DNA from: Dimorphilus gyrociliatus
Lineage: Eukaryota > Animalia > Annelida
Assembly (NCBI GenBank): GCA_904063045.1
Contig: CAJFCJ010000013.1
Coordinates: 1-64,000 of the forward strand
Reading direction: 5' to 3'
Length of the DNA stretch: 64,000 nt
Part shown: positions 51,276 to 64,000 of the stretch, piece by piece
How positions within the stretch are numbered: position 1 is the stretch's first letter
Layout: each line of letters opens with the position of its first letter
Position numbers and translations under genes: made by a program
The notes under the pieces: generated by a model
What the model was told of the DNA's origin: nothing
The model's database searches: none
What the model saw: only the letters and a program-made list of their open reading frames with translations

Positions 51276-53961
51276 CTTCGATTTGGCCTCAATGCTGACC
51301 TTGCGGAATCGAATTTTTGTCAGGAAGAATATAAAAATGGCAGTTAGTTTTAGGAATTTAATGGGAGCCATTTTGAAAAGGGAGCAAAGACACAGAGTCT
51401 TAACTGTTTTTTTGCACTATACAAATAACAAATATCCCTGGTGGCTTTTAATCATAGGTCTTTGTTCAGAGGACGGGGATTAATCGTTAAAATCAATCAA
51501 TACTTGTCAAAGAAAATTCCCAAAAAAAATTTTTTCTTGTCTCAGCTAACAAATATGGTAAAAAATTCATTCTGACTTTGGTTAATCAGCAATCCCAAAA
51601 GTCTAACAACCCCTATCATCATATGTAACTTTGTTTAAAGAAAATTATAGTGGATAATCTGCTATAATAAATAATAATAACAATAATAATAGTAAAAAAT
51701 CAATATATAAATAATCCTTGGAATCATTCTCTATAGAAAATAAGAACGAAAACTGAAAATAAAAAAAGAACGAAAGAATGAAAGAATAGGAAACAACGTT
51801 CGAGAGAAAAACGGCAGAAACAATAGAATATTAATTACTTTCTGTTATAGTATTCAGAACATATAAATGATCTATTGAAAAGGATAATGAACAACAAAAA
51901 CCGGCTAATTGTGCACAAATTATTGTAACATTTCCAGCCTTTGCAAATTGCATCTGTGTCATTCCGATTGTTACGACTGCTGCATATAGATTTAATTATA
52001 TAGATGAAGGCTGAATAACTTATGTAAGAGATTCTATATTTTCACATAGCATGCATACATGAGTATACTTAGAGGCTGACAAACATGCCTAAAATCTCTT
52101 TGATAAACGATATTGTTGTAATCTTGGAGATGAAAGGAGTTATTTTCTATTTTTTTCTTCCTTTACGACTCTTCTCTGTCTTTGTTCAATTATTCGAAAC
52201 TATTTAATAATCAGAGCGGAAGGGTTTTGAAAGCCGTTTTAAAATGTGACAGACTTTTTTTAGAATTGTAACAGTTTTGATGTATTTATATATGTATATA
52301 TTTAATGCAAGTAGAATAACTATATAAGAACCCGACAAAGTATAAATTGAAAACGAAAACTGGGTATCCAATATTTTATCACATTTCATTGGGAAATCCA
52401 ATTTTTTCGTCATTTCCAATGATTTTATTTTTATTAAATACTAATAAAATCCATTGATTGGAAAAAATAGGATATCCAATATCAATAAAAAGAGAAATAA
52501 ATTGTATTGAATGTGGTTCCATCTATCGGAATAATTGACAACTAATTCGAAGCATATACTCAGCTTGCATATATTTTTAATATACTGTACATACAGTATA
52601 AATATACGTCGTAAGTAAAATAATATAAATTCTGCTAATGTTAAAGTATCTTCATCGAGAGAATAAAAGTAATAGAAGGTGGATATCTTTCCAAACTGTA
52701 ATAACAATTAAACGAGGATGGATGTTAATAAAAATTAATGATCTATTGCATTTTTCCCCCCTCCTTCAGCTTGATATATATTTCAGTATTAATTTTAGGG
52801 TTATTAATAGAGAATTGAAGTGGAAAATAATAAATAAAATATTTAACCCTTTATTAGAGATCTGAATTTTTTTCTCTTTTTGCTATTTTGGGGCCATTTA
52901 ATTTCTCTCTAATCATATTTTCTCTATATTTATAATAATAATAATAATAATAATAATAATCGTATATGATCAATCTTTTACGAAATTAACTCAAGCTTGT
53001 TGACGCCTAATTCAGAATCATTTGATTATTGAAGCTTTTTCCTCAGAATTCTCATCTTTCTTGTCATTTTTTTTTCATGTTCATTTCGAATTTTTGACTT
53101 ATCTGATTCGTCGATGGAATTCCTTAAAGGATTTATCTTGATATTTTTTTCAGAATTCGTATAAGAAATTTATCTAACTGCAAGGAAATCTTATGAGAGA
53201 GAATAGTGATGACGATATATAAAAAAGGAATAGCATCGAAAATATTTACTATGTAAATGTTACAATAAAAAGAAAGGAAGAGGGAGAGATAGAGAATGTG
53301 TGGAGAGGGGAAGGGGAGTAGAGAGTTAATTCTTTCATAAACTTATAATACACTCACTAGAATAACGGGGGTCTCATAATAACTAATCAAGGAAATGTGT
53401 CATTCTAATCAATTGAAAAAATATACAAATCAATACTAATTATACAACAATTTGAATAGGAGAGAGCTGACTTTTCAATTAAGATTTTCTTTACACTCAT
53501 TGTGAAATTGATGATTGATATTGAACCAAAATCGAAACTCGAACTTTTTAAGTAGTCTTTAACCACTTCCTTATTATTTTTTATTTAAAAAATATACCTT
53601 TCTAAGATAGATGGCGACAGTGTTAAATAACATATACAAGTCTGTTATACTTGAATAAATATTACATACTAAATATATATATATATATAAAATCTACAAA
53701 TAGAATGACAAGCTCGAATGGTTAAAATATCCGATATGCTACAAAAGTAGTGAGCTTTTTACAATCCTGCGTGTATAGAAGTTTATTCAATTCTATATTT
53801 TAGACCATATAAAGGACCCAATTACTTATTTATTTGTAAAAATGTGAAATTTTCTCCACAATCAAATAGGAATAGAAATACATTTAGCTTATTGGAATTA
53901 TATGCTCAATTCTCTTCTGCAATGAAGCTATAGATGATTCAGAAGGAGAGAGACAGAGACA

Positions 53962-53962
53962 A

Positions 53963-54028
<66 letters not shown>
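53962..54028. repeat. Compound (CA)n(TA)n(GA)n(GACA)n microsatellite
   Basis: Read directly. Confidence 0.9.
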
Positions 54029-55347
54029 GCAGGAAAAAAAAAAGAATCTCTACAAGATAAAATCGACAAAGGTTACAATCCCTTCTTTTTATTTATTATA
54101 TCGCTAAATAGATAAGAAAGCACGTTCTGTTATCGTTTTTTTAAGGCGGGATTTTCTTCAAGTAGGGAAGAAATCAGTTTCTGATTAAATTGTACAACAT
54201 ATTTATATAGCATAAATTAAAATAAAACTATAATATTAATAAAGTTAATATTATAGAAAGTAAAACAAGTCAATGTTGGTAGATTTAAAGGAGACATGTA
54301 AAGAAAAAAAAAGTAATAAAATCAATATTAAATAAAAGGTAGAAAAGTTACTATTTTTAAAAGAGGAATTAATATAAACAATTAAAAACAAAAGGTTGAC
54401 TTAATAAATTATAAAACTTTTGTTACTTTTTGTTTTTTTTAAAAAAAAATTTCTTTCTTTTTTTTTTTTAAAGATTTTTGAAAGGAAATATCTAATAGTT
54501 AAAAATAGACTGTTTTCTATTTTCCCTTAATTGTTTGAATTTACTGCGAATAGTCTTATTAAAATAATCGAGTGTGCTCTAGTTATTGTACTGTACAACA
54601 GATATACAGTATATACAATATATAAAAGTTTTAAGCCTATTTTCGCGCCCACGTAACTATACAATGAAAATAAACTAATAACTACAAATTGTTTTTTGGA
54701 TTAATTACTTTCTCTCTCTTTTTTTTAGTTTTGTTTACTTTTGTACAATGACAGAGAGAGAGAGAGAGAGATAGATTGAGAGATATTATTAATACGAATA
54801 TACTGTATATACATTGTATGAAAATAAACTTGAATATTGTTTGTATATCTTGTATGTTCAGAATACTTTGGAATGAGTGAAGAATGTCTCAATAGTGATA
54901 GATGATGAGAAAAGGCACATATTTCTATTGTAGTCACGTTTGAAGATAGATGAATAGTAAAATTACCATGCCTACGGTATTCTTGCATGTTATCTTATCG
55001 ATGTAATAGACCTACTGAAGTTTCTGGAATTTTAATAACAATACTTGAATTTGAAGCGGCAAATAAACACGTGGTTCTAATGATAGATATAGCAAATACG
55101 TGAACTAATTTATAACTTTTCAAAATGTCGAATAATAAGAATATAATATTCTCCATTTTGTTATTACAATTGAGTACAGTTCTAACTGACAACTCAAATA
55201 CGACCAATGGAAGAGAGACTGACAGGTTGAATCTCAACCAATCAGCTTGCCGCTTATAAATTGAGTATTGAACGAACTCGGTTGCACTTGAGAAAGGTGT
55301 ATTATCGGCAACTTTTTGATCTGTGAAACAGAATTTTGTGTCGAAGA

Positions 55348-58300
55348 ATGGCCAACCCAAGGGAATCCATGTTGTTGACAGAAGATAAGTTGGAAGAATT
55401 AAGAAACGCCTTTCAGACGGTTAGTATTATGAACCGGATTTTAAATTCCCGTAATAGAATAACAGAAAAAAGGCGTGTTATGTTGTTCTTTTCTTTCAAC
55501 ATTTCGGAAATCCGTATAAAATTTCATCAAAATATATTAAAGATTCTTAGAAATATCTCACTTTGCATGAATCAATTTTTATTTTTATCGTACATTACTA
55601 AATAAAATATAGCAATGTAATTTAACAATACTAAGTTCTATATTGAAAAATAAAAAAATCGTCTAGATTTTCTTACAGTCTTGTAGACTGTTCATTTGTA
55701 TAGAAACTATTAAATGGAAAAGAATTAAATATAATTATGATTTTCGATTTACCGATTAAAATACTTCCATTTTGAAATCGCAGCTGCTGTCGAATTTCCA
55801 CAAAAAATTTTTATAATAATAAAAAATAATAGTTGACAGATTTTTAACTTTATATAACATATATTCAAATATATTATATATATACATGTATGTATGTATA
55901 TATGTTATTTATAATTACATTATATGTATAGGCACATTATGTGTATATGTATAGTATATTATAGAATGATTCATCGTAACTTATAGATACTGTATATAGA
56001 TAATTAAATTCATCGGATGAATAAGATATATGTAGGATTTTTATCTATTTACTATTTTGGATGAAAAATTTCTAATGATGATTCATAACAATCACTTAAG
56101 CTTATATGGTAATGCTTAAGAATACACTGATTCACGGAAGAAGAAATTGCTAACTAGTCACGACTTACTACTAGATTTCTACTAATAAAATTAAAAACTT
56201 GCAATTTCCAAGATGTTAATGTAATTCATTGGGTTATAGCATCTCTTACAGAGAAAAATCATTAGAAATATATATATATATATTTAATGTATAAAGAAAA
56301 AGAAACAAGAAACTCTTGTCTATCATTTTGAATTTCATTTTCTTTATCATGCCAAATAGTGAGATAGTAAATTTTTGATTATTTAATTAACAGTAATACA
56401 AATGTGTTTGAGTAATTTTCCATCAATTTTGTAGCTAATTGCTAAAGCTATTCAATTCGTGTAAACATATATATATATATTTATGTTTATATATATACAT
56501 ATATATTTCTACAAAGCCGATATCTAGAACTGAGCTATCATTCTGTTTGCCTTTATAGATAGTATATATTTAGAATAATTACTACTAATATTGTTGAACA
56601 ATATTTCTATTTATCATTTAATGTGCAAATTTAACTTGTACTTGTAATCATATTAAATACTATAAATACCTATATACTTATATGCTTATATGCATGTCTA
56701 TCAAGTTTGATAATTTATTTTTTAATACAAGAATTTAAAGAATCAAAAAAATATTTTAAAATTAACAAGAAATTTAGTGTATATTTAAGGAATAATCAAT
56801 GTCTTTTTTTTTTTTTCCAACAGATCGATTTAGATGGAAGTGGCCATATAACAGTAATGGAACTAGGTGATGCATTGAAAGTTTGTGGTTTTACTTTACC
56901 TGGCCATGAAATTCGCGATCTAATACAAAGATATGATACAAATATCAAAGACGGAAAAATAGATTTTATGGAATTTCAACAGGTATAATATTTAAACTAG
57001 TTTCTATTAATGCTTTTATATATTTATATGTCGGGGCAAATTCAATTCTTTATCAAGATTAAACTTTCTAAATATTCATAAGATTAAATTTGTAATTTAA
57101 GTCTTATCAGAGAACTACGTCTCAATTTTAACTGTTCCATAATACGAGAGAAAAATTTTGATAAAGTACTGAATTTTGGCAAACTACAGGCATAAGCTTA
57201 TTTCTCTTTTTACTTTCTATTATTTAATATTTTAGTATATTATATGCTACCTTTCATAAACAAGGAAGTAACATTATGGAGCCGCAACTGAAAGTAGAAA
57301 GTGAATAGAATTAGAAAATTATTATAAAAAGATTATAAACATAAAAAACATTATAAACTCTCGTTTCATCTTTAAAAATTATAACAAAAATAAGATGGAT
57401 TCAGGTAGATTTGTTTTAAAAAAAAATCCCCTCCTCCTTTAAAAAAAAAATATATCCAATATTTTTAATGCTCTATTGTTACCCTTAAAATGTGAATAGT
57501 CGTTGATTTCAACTACTAGTGTTTACTTGTGTGTGTGTTTGTGTTTGTTTGTCTTTCTTTTTTTTGTTTTGTAATATTTTCAACTAAAAAGAAAAAGAGT
57601 AAAAAATATCTTCTAATAGCACGGACAATTTGATGTGTATTTTATTCCTTTATTTACTGTCACAAATAGAGATAGTTACGGAAGTAATTGTATTTTTTGC
57701 CCCCTTTTCACTTTTCTCCTTTTTTATTTGTTTATTTATTTCAAAACAAAATGATATCGATTGAACTCTTTAGGTTTGTATTTTAGTCTAATACAAAAGT
57801 ATAAAATTGAACTAATGAATGTTTAATTTTAGAATGAGATTTCTTTTACTATATATATTTATATTTATACGCGTAAATACCTTATAAATATTTGCTTTTT
57901 GATATGACAGCTATATGGTGATGTTAAAGCCAAGTACGATATTGGCCACACCTACAAGAAAAACGTTGCTAAAGCTACTAACGTTGTCACCCATGGAGGT
58001 ACGTCAATGGCATCATCGGTGGGAACCACTCATACTGTGAAAATAGAAGAACAAATGGCCTTTTCCAAATGGATCAATAGGTAGCATTATCGTTTATTGT
58101 TAAGAATTTTATTTTATACATTTAAATGTCAAATCATAATTATAGTTGTAGATTCATTAGGAGCCGTTATTAGATTAATAAGTAATAGATGATTATATAT
58201 ATTTATATATATCATTTAAAGTCTTGAGCACATTTGTTGTTAATGTCTTCAAATGTCGTTTATATTCAGCTGAAAAAATTGATAAAGTTTATAAAAAGAA

Positions 58301-60761
58301 TTTTTTTATGATTTATATTACGTTTATGGTGCACTTGTAGACTGTATGATTATTTGAATATTTCTTTTATGTTTATATTAACCACAAAACATATATTAAT
58401 ATAAAATTTATAAATTTCCTATTTTTATATTAAAACACAGCAACCTAGCTTCTGATGGCGATTGTCGAAATATATTACCGTTGAATGCCGAAGGAAATGA
58501 TCTTTATCATAAGTGCAGTGATGGGATTTTATTATGGTAAAAAGAAATTCTTTTAGTATTTATAACAAACAAACAAAAATACAAATTTTTCACTTTTAAT
58601 GTTTTTTTAAATATATAAATTTTTATACAGCAAATTAATTAATAAAGCTCAGCCAGGCACTATTGATGAAAGGGTAATGAATAAGGGAGCTAAATTATCG
58701 CTTTTCTCTAAAATGGAAAATTTAACATTGGCTCTTAAATCTGCACAATCAATTGGATGCAACATTGTGAATATTGGTTCGGATGATTTACATAAGGGTG
58801 CTCCTCATCTGGTTTTAGGCCTTTTATGGCAAATTATCAGAGTAAATTGCTTTTTTTTTTTAATTTATGTTTAATTATCGATTTGCATAGTTAAACGCCT
58901 GAAAAAGGCTTATATATACAGTATATATATTTATATATGTATATATATTTATGTATTATTTTTCACGTACAGATTGGTTTATTGGCTGATATCAATTTAC
59001 ACGACAATCCTGGACTTATACATTTATTGAATGAAGGTGAAACAATCGAGGAATTAATGAGACTATCACCAGAGGAAATATTAATTCGATGGGTTAATTA
59101 TCATTTGGCTAATTCCGACGCTAACCGAGCAAATGAGAATGTCCGCATAAACAACTTTGGAAGGGATATTGAAAATTCTATTGCCTATTACTATTTGATT
59201 CAGCAAATTGCACCAGCCGATACCAGAATTGATATTTCTGGTAAATCAGTAAGTAGTAGTTTAGAGATATAAATACATGTATATATTCAGTAATTGTATA
59301 TGTGTATGATTGAAATTCTTTTAACCGGCGACGTTTATGTCGATATGTTTCGATCAACATTGAGCTTAACCGATATTGAGTTTAACTGACAGTGCATCAG
59401 CCAAAATACCTTCTATATAGCAAAATTTCTTATTATCTTTTAATCAAAAATTGTACCCGATATAATGTTTGATGAAAGTTCTTTGAGGATTAATGCTGAT
59501 CGAAAGGTTATCGACAAATGATACTGTCGTATTCAAAATATTGTACATATATATTAATTTTTTTTTATCCTATTTGAAACCTAAAGGATGGAAATTTAGA
59601 GCATAGAGCGGAAAACATGTTACAGCAAGCCGAGAGAATCAATTGTAGAGCTTTCGTTCGTCCCTTGGACGTAGTAAAGGGAAACACAAAATTGAATATG
59701 GCTTTTGTTGCAAATTTATTCAACAATCATCCAGCCCTGGATAAGGTCACTGATAACGACCTCCTCGAGCAAATTGTCGACGAAACTAGGGAGGAGAAGA
59801 TGTATCGTAATTGGATGAATTCCTTGGGCGTTCGTCCCTTTGTTAATCATCTTTATTCCGATTTGAAGGACGCTCTTGTATATTTTCAACTTTTTGAAAA
59901 GATAAAGCCCGGTTCAGTCGACTATAGTCGTATTCCAAGTAATTTCAGTAAGCTAAAACAAAAGAGAATGATTGAAGAACTACGTAAGTTTTTAATGTGG
60001 TATTTTTTAAAAAAAAAACACACTTAACGTTTTATTTTAATATCTCCTCCAAACAGAAAATTGTAATTATGCCGTCGAATTGGGAAAGCAATTTAGATTT
60101 TCATTAGTTGGAATAGACGGTAGTAATCTAGCTCACGCTTCCGAGCATAAGAGCTATGCTCTTTGTATGTATTTACTTATAATTTTTCCCTATTCCTTTG
60201 ATAAGTTTTTTTTTCCGATTTCTTACAGCTCTAATTTGGCAACTAATGAAAGCTTATACGCTAAGCGTGTTATCTAAATTAAGTGGTACTGATAAACCGC
60301 TGGCAGAGAGCGCTATAGTTAGTTGGGCCAACCAAAAATTATCCAAAAAAGGCAAGACTTTCTCCGGTTTCGGTGACCAGAGATTAAGCGACGGAGTTAT
60401 TGTTATCGACGTGATTGATTCTATCCAGTCAAACATAGTCAACTACAGTCTAGTAAAGCAAGGTTCTGGTGAGGAGGTAAGACTAAAGGCTTAATTTAAT
60501 TTCCTTAGAAGAGAAAAACAAAATCTATTCACTTGAAAACTATTATAGTTTTAGAGTAAAGAGTAATCAATTATTTTTTTTTCTTAGGAAAAAACAAGCA
60601 ATGCTAAATTAGCTATTTCTTGGGCAAGAAAAATGGGTGCTGGCGTCTATGCTCTACCGGAAGATATAGTAGAAGTTAAACAAAAGATGGTTATGACCAT
60701 ATTCGCATGTCTAATGGCTGCCGAATTAGAGAATGAACAGAAAAAATCTACACAGTCTTAA
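55348..60761 (+). CDS. Fim: Plastin/fimbrin (2 EF-hands + 4 CH domains), 10 exons: 55348-55419, 56824-56982, 57911-58080, 58441-58536, 58631-58841, 58973-59248, 59587-59983, 60057-60164, 60229-60476, 60588-60761; 636 aa
   Basis: EF-hand [12 protein letters not shown]; GTTHTV..EE..AFSKWIN; [17 protein letters not shown]; [16 protein letters not shown]; [15 protein letters not shown]; NFNNHPAL-type LFNNHPAL; [17 protein letters not shown]; [22 protein letters not shown]. All junctions are in phase. Confidence 0.96.
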
Positions 60762-62159
60762 AAACGATCATTTTTTTTTTATCTGATTTCATCTTTTATT
60801 TTTGTTTATATATTTTTATTTCTTATATTTTTCCGCTTTTTAAAAACTTTAATAATTAGTTACTTAAATGGAATAATTAAGTAAGCAAGTTAATATGGCT
60901 GTTACAGCCACAAGTTGTACCTTTGAGAGAAAATTTTACATAATCTAAAATATTTTTTCCACTAATAATCACGTACAGTTTGGATTATTACAACGTTCTT
61001 TCGTATCTCAAAAAAAAAAAAAAACAAAAAAGACGGTTAATTAAATTTAAAGCCTTTTACTTTAACATTTTATTGAACAACGAAACTGTCCTGCAATAAA
61101 TGATAAATAAGGCATCAGAGCGAGTGTGATATGTTCTGATTAATTTCTTGTATTTTTATGTTTACATGTTTATACATAATGGTTCGATGCATAGTAGTTT
61201 TCTTTTATTTGATTCCATGAATAATAAGAAAGGGAACACTGATGATTGACGTTTATTTTATTCTGGCATTTTACCTAATTGTTTTGTCGTTGCAAGTCTA
61301 GTAGTGTTATTGACATATATATCGTGTGTATTTGGTATATATGTTTCATTTTATAACTAATTGTGTTTCTTTCTTTGCGGACGATAGATGTTTTTATTAA
61401 AGAAAATGTTTTTTTTTTTTAAAATATATTACGATCATCGAATAAAAAAACTTAATGACACAAAAAAGGATTTTTTTAACACTTGCCAAATATTTGCTGC
61501 ATAATTTATTTTTTACTAACTTATGTATAATTTATAAATGTTTCGTATAGCTGAGACACTGACGTGCAGAAATTCTCTACGATATGTACAATTTATGACT
61601 CGTTCGTCTTACACATCTATACAATACTTATACAAATACATAAGTATATTCAATTTTTTGATTTTGTCAGCCAACTATTCGGTGAACAATGTAAAATTAA
61701 AAAAAAAAATTCGCCTTTTAGCAGTATATTATATATATAATGAATTTTTTTTGCACGCGGCGATTATAATTAAGCATAATTAGCAAATAAATTGTTTGTA
61801 AAAAGTAAAAAAAAATGACAGAAAAAAAATTAAACAAGAGGTATTTTGTCAATATAAATATCTTCCCCTTTCCATCTATCTATTATCTTATCTTTAGCTC
61901 TCAGATTTCTTAATAGATGGCGAGAATTCAAATTCGTGTACATGCATACATGGCACGCATGAACTAAATTGATTTAAAAAAAAAATATTAATAAACATAT
62001 ATAAACGTACAAACAAACAAACAAACGATACATTAATTTTTGGCAACTGAAATTGACTCATGACTAAAGAAAAATGAATAATAAATAGAGCTTGTAATAA
62101 CAAGACTAAATCAAAATATATATATATTTAAATAAGTAAATTTAAACACACATGTATAA

Positions 62160-62160
<1 letters not shown>

Positions 62161-62200
<40 letters not shown>
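62161..62200. repeat. (TA)20 microsatellite (a second, similar run at ~62479-62522)
   Basis: Read directly. Confidence 0.9.
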
Positions 62201-62208
<8 letters not shown>

Positions 62209-62476
62209 GTATTTCTCTTTTTGCTTCAAAAAACGAGTGCACGCCGAAAATATTCTTTTTTTTTAGTAGAAAAGGAAAAAAAGAGAAGAGAAAAAAATTT
62301 CAATCTAAATCCGTTCAACGAGTAACTTGACAAGAGCAATACCGGAAAGTTAATTACTTTATAGGAAAAAAGATTCCAAAGGGAGATTGAAAAAATCGTC
62401 CAAATCAATATCATTTTGCGACAGGTTTTCATCTCTCTCTTTGCTTTTTTCAAATTGATTAAGCTTTCAAAAAGAA

Positions 62477-62524
<48 letters not shown>

Positions 62525-63138
62525 TATATATATACATATATACAAAATGAATGATGTGTATGTACGTATATATATTTATACATATTGCTAAATTTGTGCG
62601 ATTTTTTTCTCCTATAATCAGTGTTCACTATCGCCCCTTTTAGCGCGTCTGGATGGGGAATTAGACGCAGAAACCGAAGGACTTTGGCTATCTTTCGCCT
62701 TCAATTTCTTTCTCCAAGATGGTGCCCTTTTCAGTTTCGCGTCTCCCTTCTGTTTGAAAAAAAATAAACAATAAAATTATTCATTTTCCGTAAAACAATA
62801 AAATAGAAAAAAAACTCAAAAATTAAATGAAATAAAAATATTAGAAATAAAAAATATACATAACTTTTCTTTTAAAAAAAAAATATATATTTAAAACTAG
62901 TTTGTCAATTCTAAGAGTTATTGAGATAGCATGTTAACAAGTGTATACAACGTCATTGCCTATGAAATCGTTAAAAATGTGTATACTTTCAAGTATAAAA
63001 AATAAACTACATAAACTGTAATACAACATGCATCTAAAACGAAGTCGTATATTTGCACAAACATTTCCGCCCAAGTGTCTACTATTGAACGAGCTACACA
63101 TGGCTCCATCAATCATCCATAACCAAACGAAAGTCGAA

Positions 63139-64000
63139 ATGACAAGAAGGCTTTATAAATACATTCTACTTGCAATCGTATCGGTTGTGTTTGTTATTAT
63201 ATGGAGGAATTCAAGTTCATCATCTCTACAAAGGGAGAGTAATAAATGGGCTTCACATAAACGTAAGAATAGCCATTTAAAAAAGGATTTTCAACCGAAA
63301 AGGACAAGCTACTATTATACTTGGCAATCTCAAAATGGTTTACCGTTTTCCATACGCTCCAATAGCGTTACTTTAAATTATTTGGGATTTCATAGTAAAA
63401 TCTACATTAAAGAATCACAAGCGCAGTCAATACGACCAACAGTAATCTTAGGCGGAGTTATTAACAAGTTCATACAAATAAAGTCTACAATAGCGTCTAT
63501 ACAGAAGCAACTGCCTCTCAATAGGATAGTAGTTTACGACATATCTCTTACTCCTTATCAGAGGAATTCGGTAAGTCAGCCACCGTATCCTTATCGCATT
63601 CTTGTCTGAAATTGTACATATTTACGATACCTTTCTCTCTAAAGATTTGACTTTTTATACAAATAAAATATTTATTCTCTAGCTCAAGAACTTGTGCAAT
63701 GTCGGAATTCGAGGTTTTCAAAAACGGTTTATCAATCCAAGGCGAGTTCGCTTTAAACACACTTGGAGGCCACTACTTTTACAAGTAAATAACAAATATA
63801 CATAATACTATAGTCTTGTCTTTTTTTCTCTCCTCTACAATACAGGAGGGGATAGGGAAAAGTACAATTTAGGTCATATTTATATAATTTATAATGAAAC
63901 CAACAGATGGCAGTGATTGAATTTGGCTCTATTCTCTGGCTGGAGCCGGGAGACGATCTACATATAACAGAAAATATATGGCAAACAACGATCGCTTCAG
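63139..64000 (+). CDS. Type II membrane protein, DUF1647/glycosyltransferase-like, 5' partial; exons 63139-63570, 63683-63784, 63907 to window end
   Basis: N-terminal signal anchor (YKYILLAIVSVVFVIIW); IASIQKQLP..IVVYDISLT..Q..L..LCNV..R.F..HTWRPLLLQ..VIEFGSILWL follows the DUF1647 pattern; phase-0 junctions. Confidence 0.65.

Noticed and set aside
54995-55360. 121-aa minus-strand ORF overlapping the plastin start
   Set aside because: Overlaps the plastin promoter and 5' UTR (CCAAT and TATA-like elements); no recognisable motif
59241-59248. Plastin donor at 59241 (implying a missing micro-exon)
   Set aside because: The gtaagt donor at 59249 gives a phase-0 in-frame join, so no micro-exon is needed
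63846-63916. Acceptor at 63845 and a CTCF-like CCAACAGATGGCAG at ~63900
   Set aside because: The first acceptor leads to an immediate in-frame stop; the motif is better explained as the true acceptor (63906) plus coding sequence
1-64000. CRISPR arrays, tRNA, rRNA, prokaryotic operons, intact autonomous transposons
   Set aside because: None seen; the window is intron-containing eukaryotic DNA, and no TIR/LTR pairs were evident by eye

Overview
Eukaryotic (animal) genomic DNA, very AT-rich, gene-dense, with short GT-AG introns (mostly 55-130 nt). This fits a compact invertebrate genome, possibly a miniaturised lophotrochozoan, but the species cannot be established from the sequence. Recognisable conserved genes: a FLYWCH + MULE-transposase-derived gene, three TMEM86/YhhN lysoplasmalogenase paralogs, a fuseless-like membrane protein, a complete 10-exon plastin/fimbrin, and the 5' part of a DUF1647-like type II membrane protein. 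The main discovery lies between two convergently oriented TMEM86 duplicates (4.6-6.0 kb plus, 50.0-51.2 kb minus). This ~45-kb interval holds at least nine intact, highly divergent small genes plus at least one pseudogene. They share an exon-1 motif ending at a phase-1 intron and appear to encode tandem degenerate KH-like folds lacking the GxxG loop. Interspersed are a pair of SAM-like genes, an Occludin/ELL-like orphan, other orphans and several spliced but ORF-less relics. Several of these proteins carry SUMO-interacting-like motifs, basic NLS-like tails or polyQ. All gene models were spliced and translated by hand; fold assignments are by eye and unverified. No rRNA, tRNA or CRISPR was seen.
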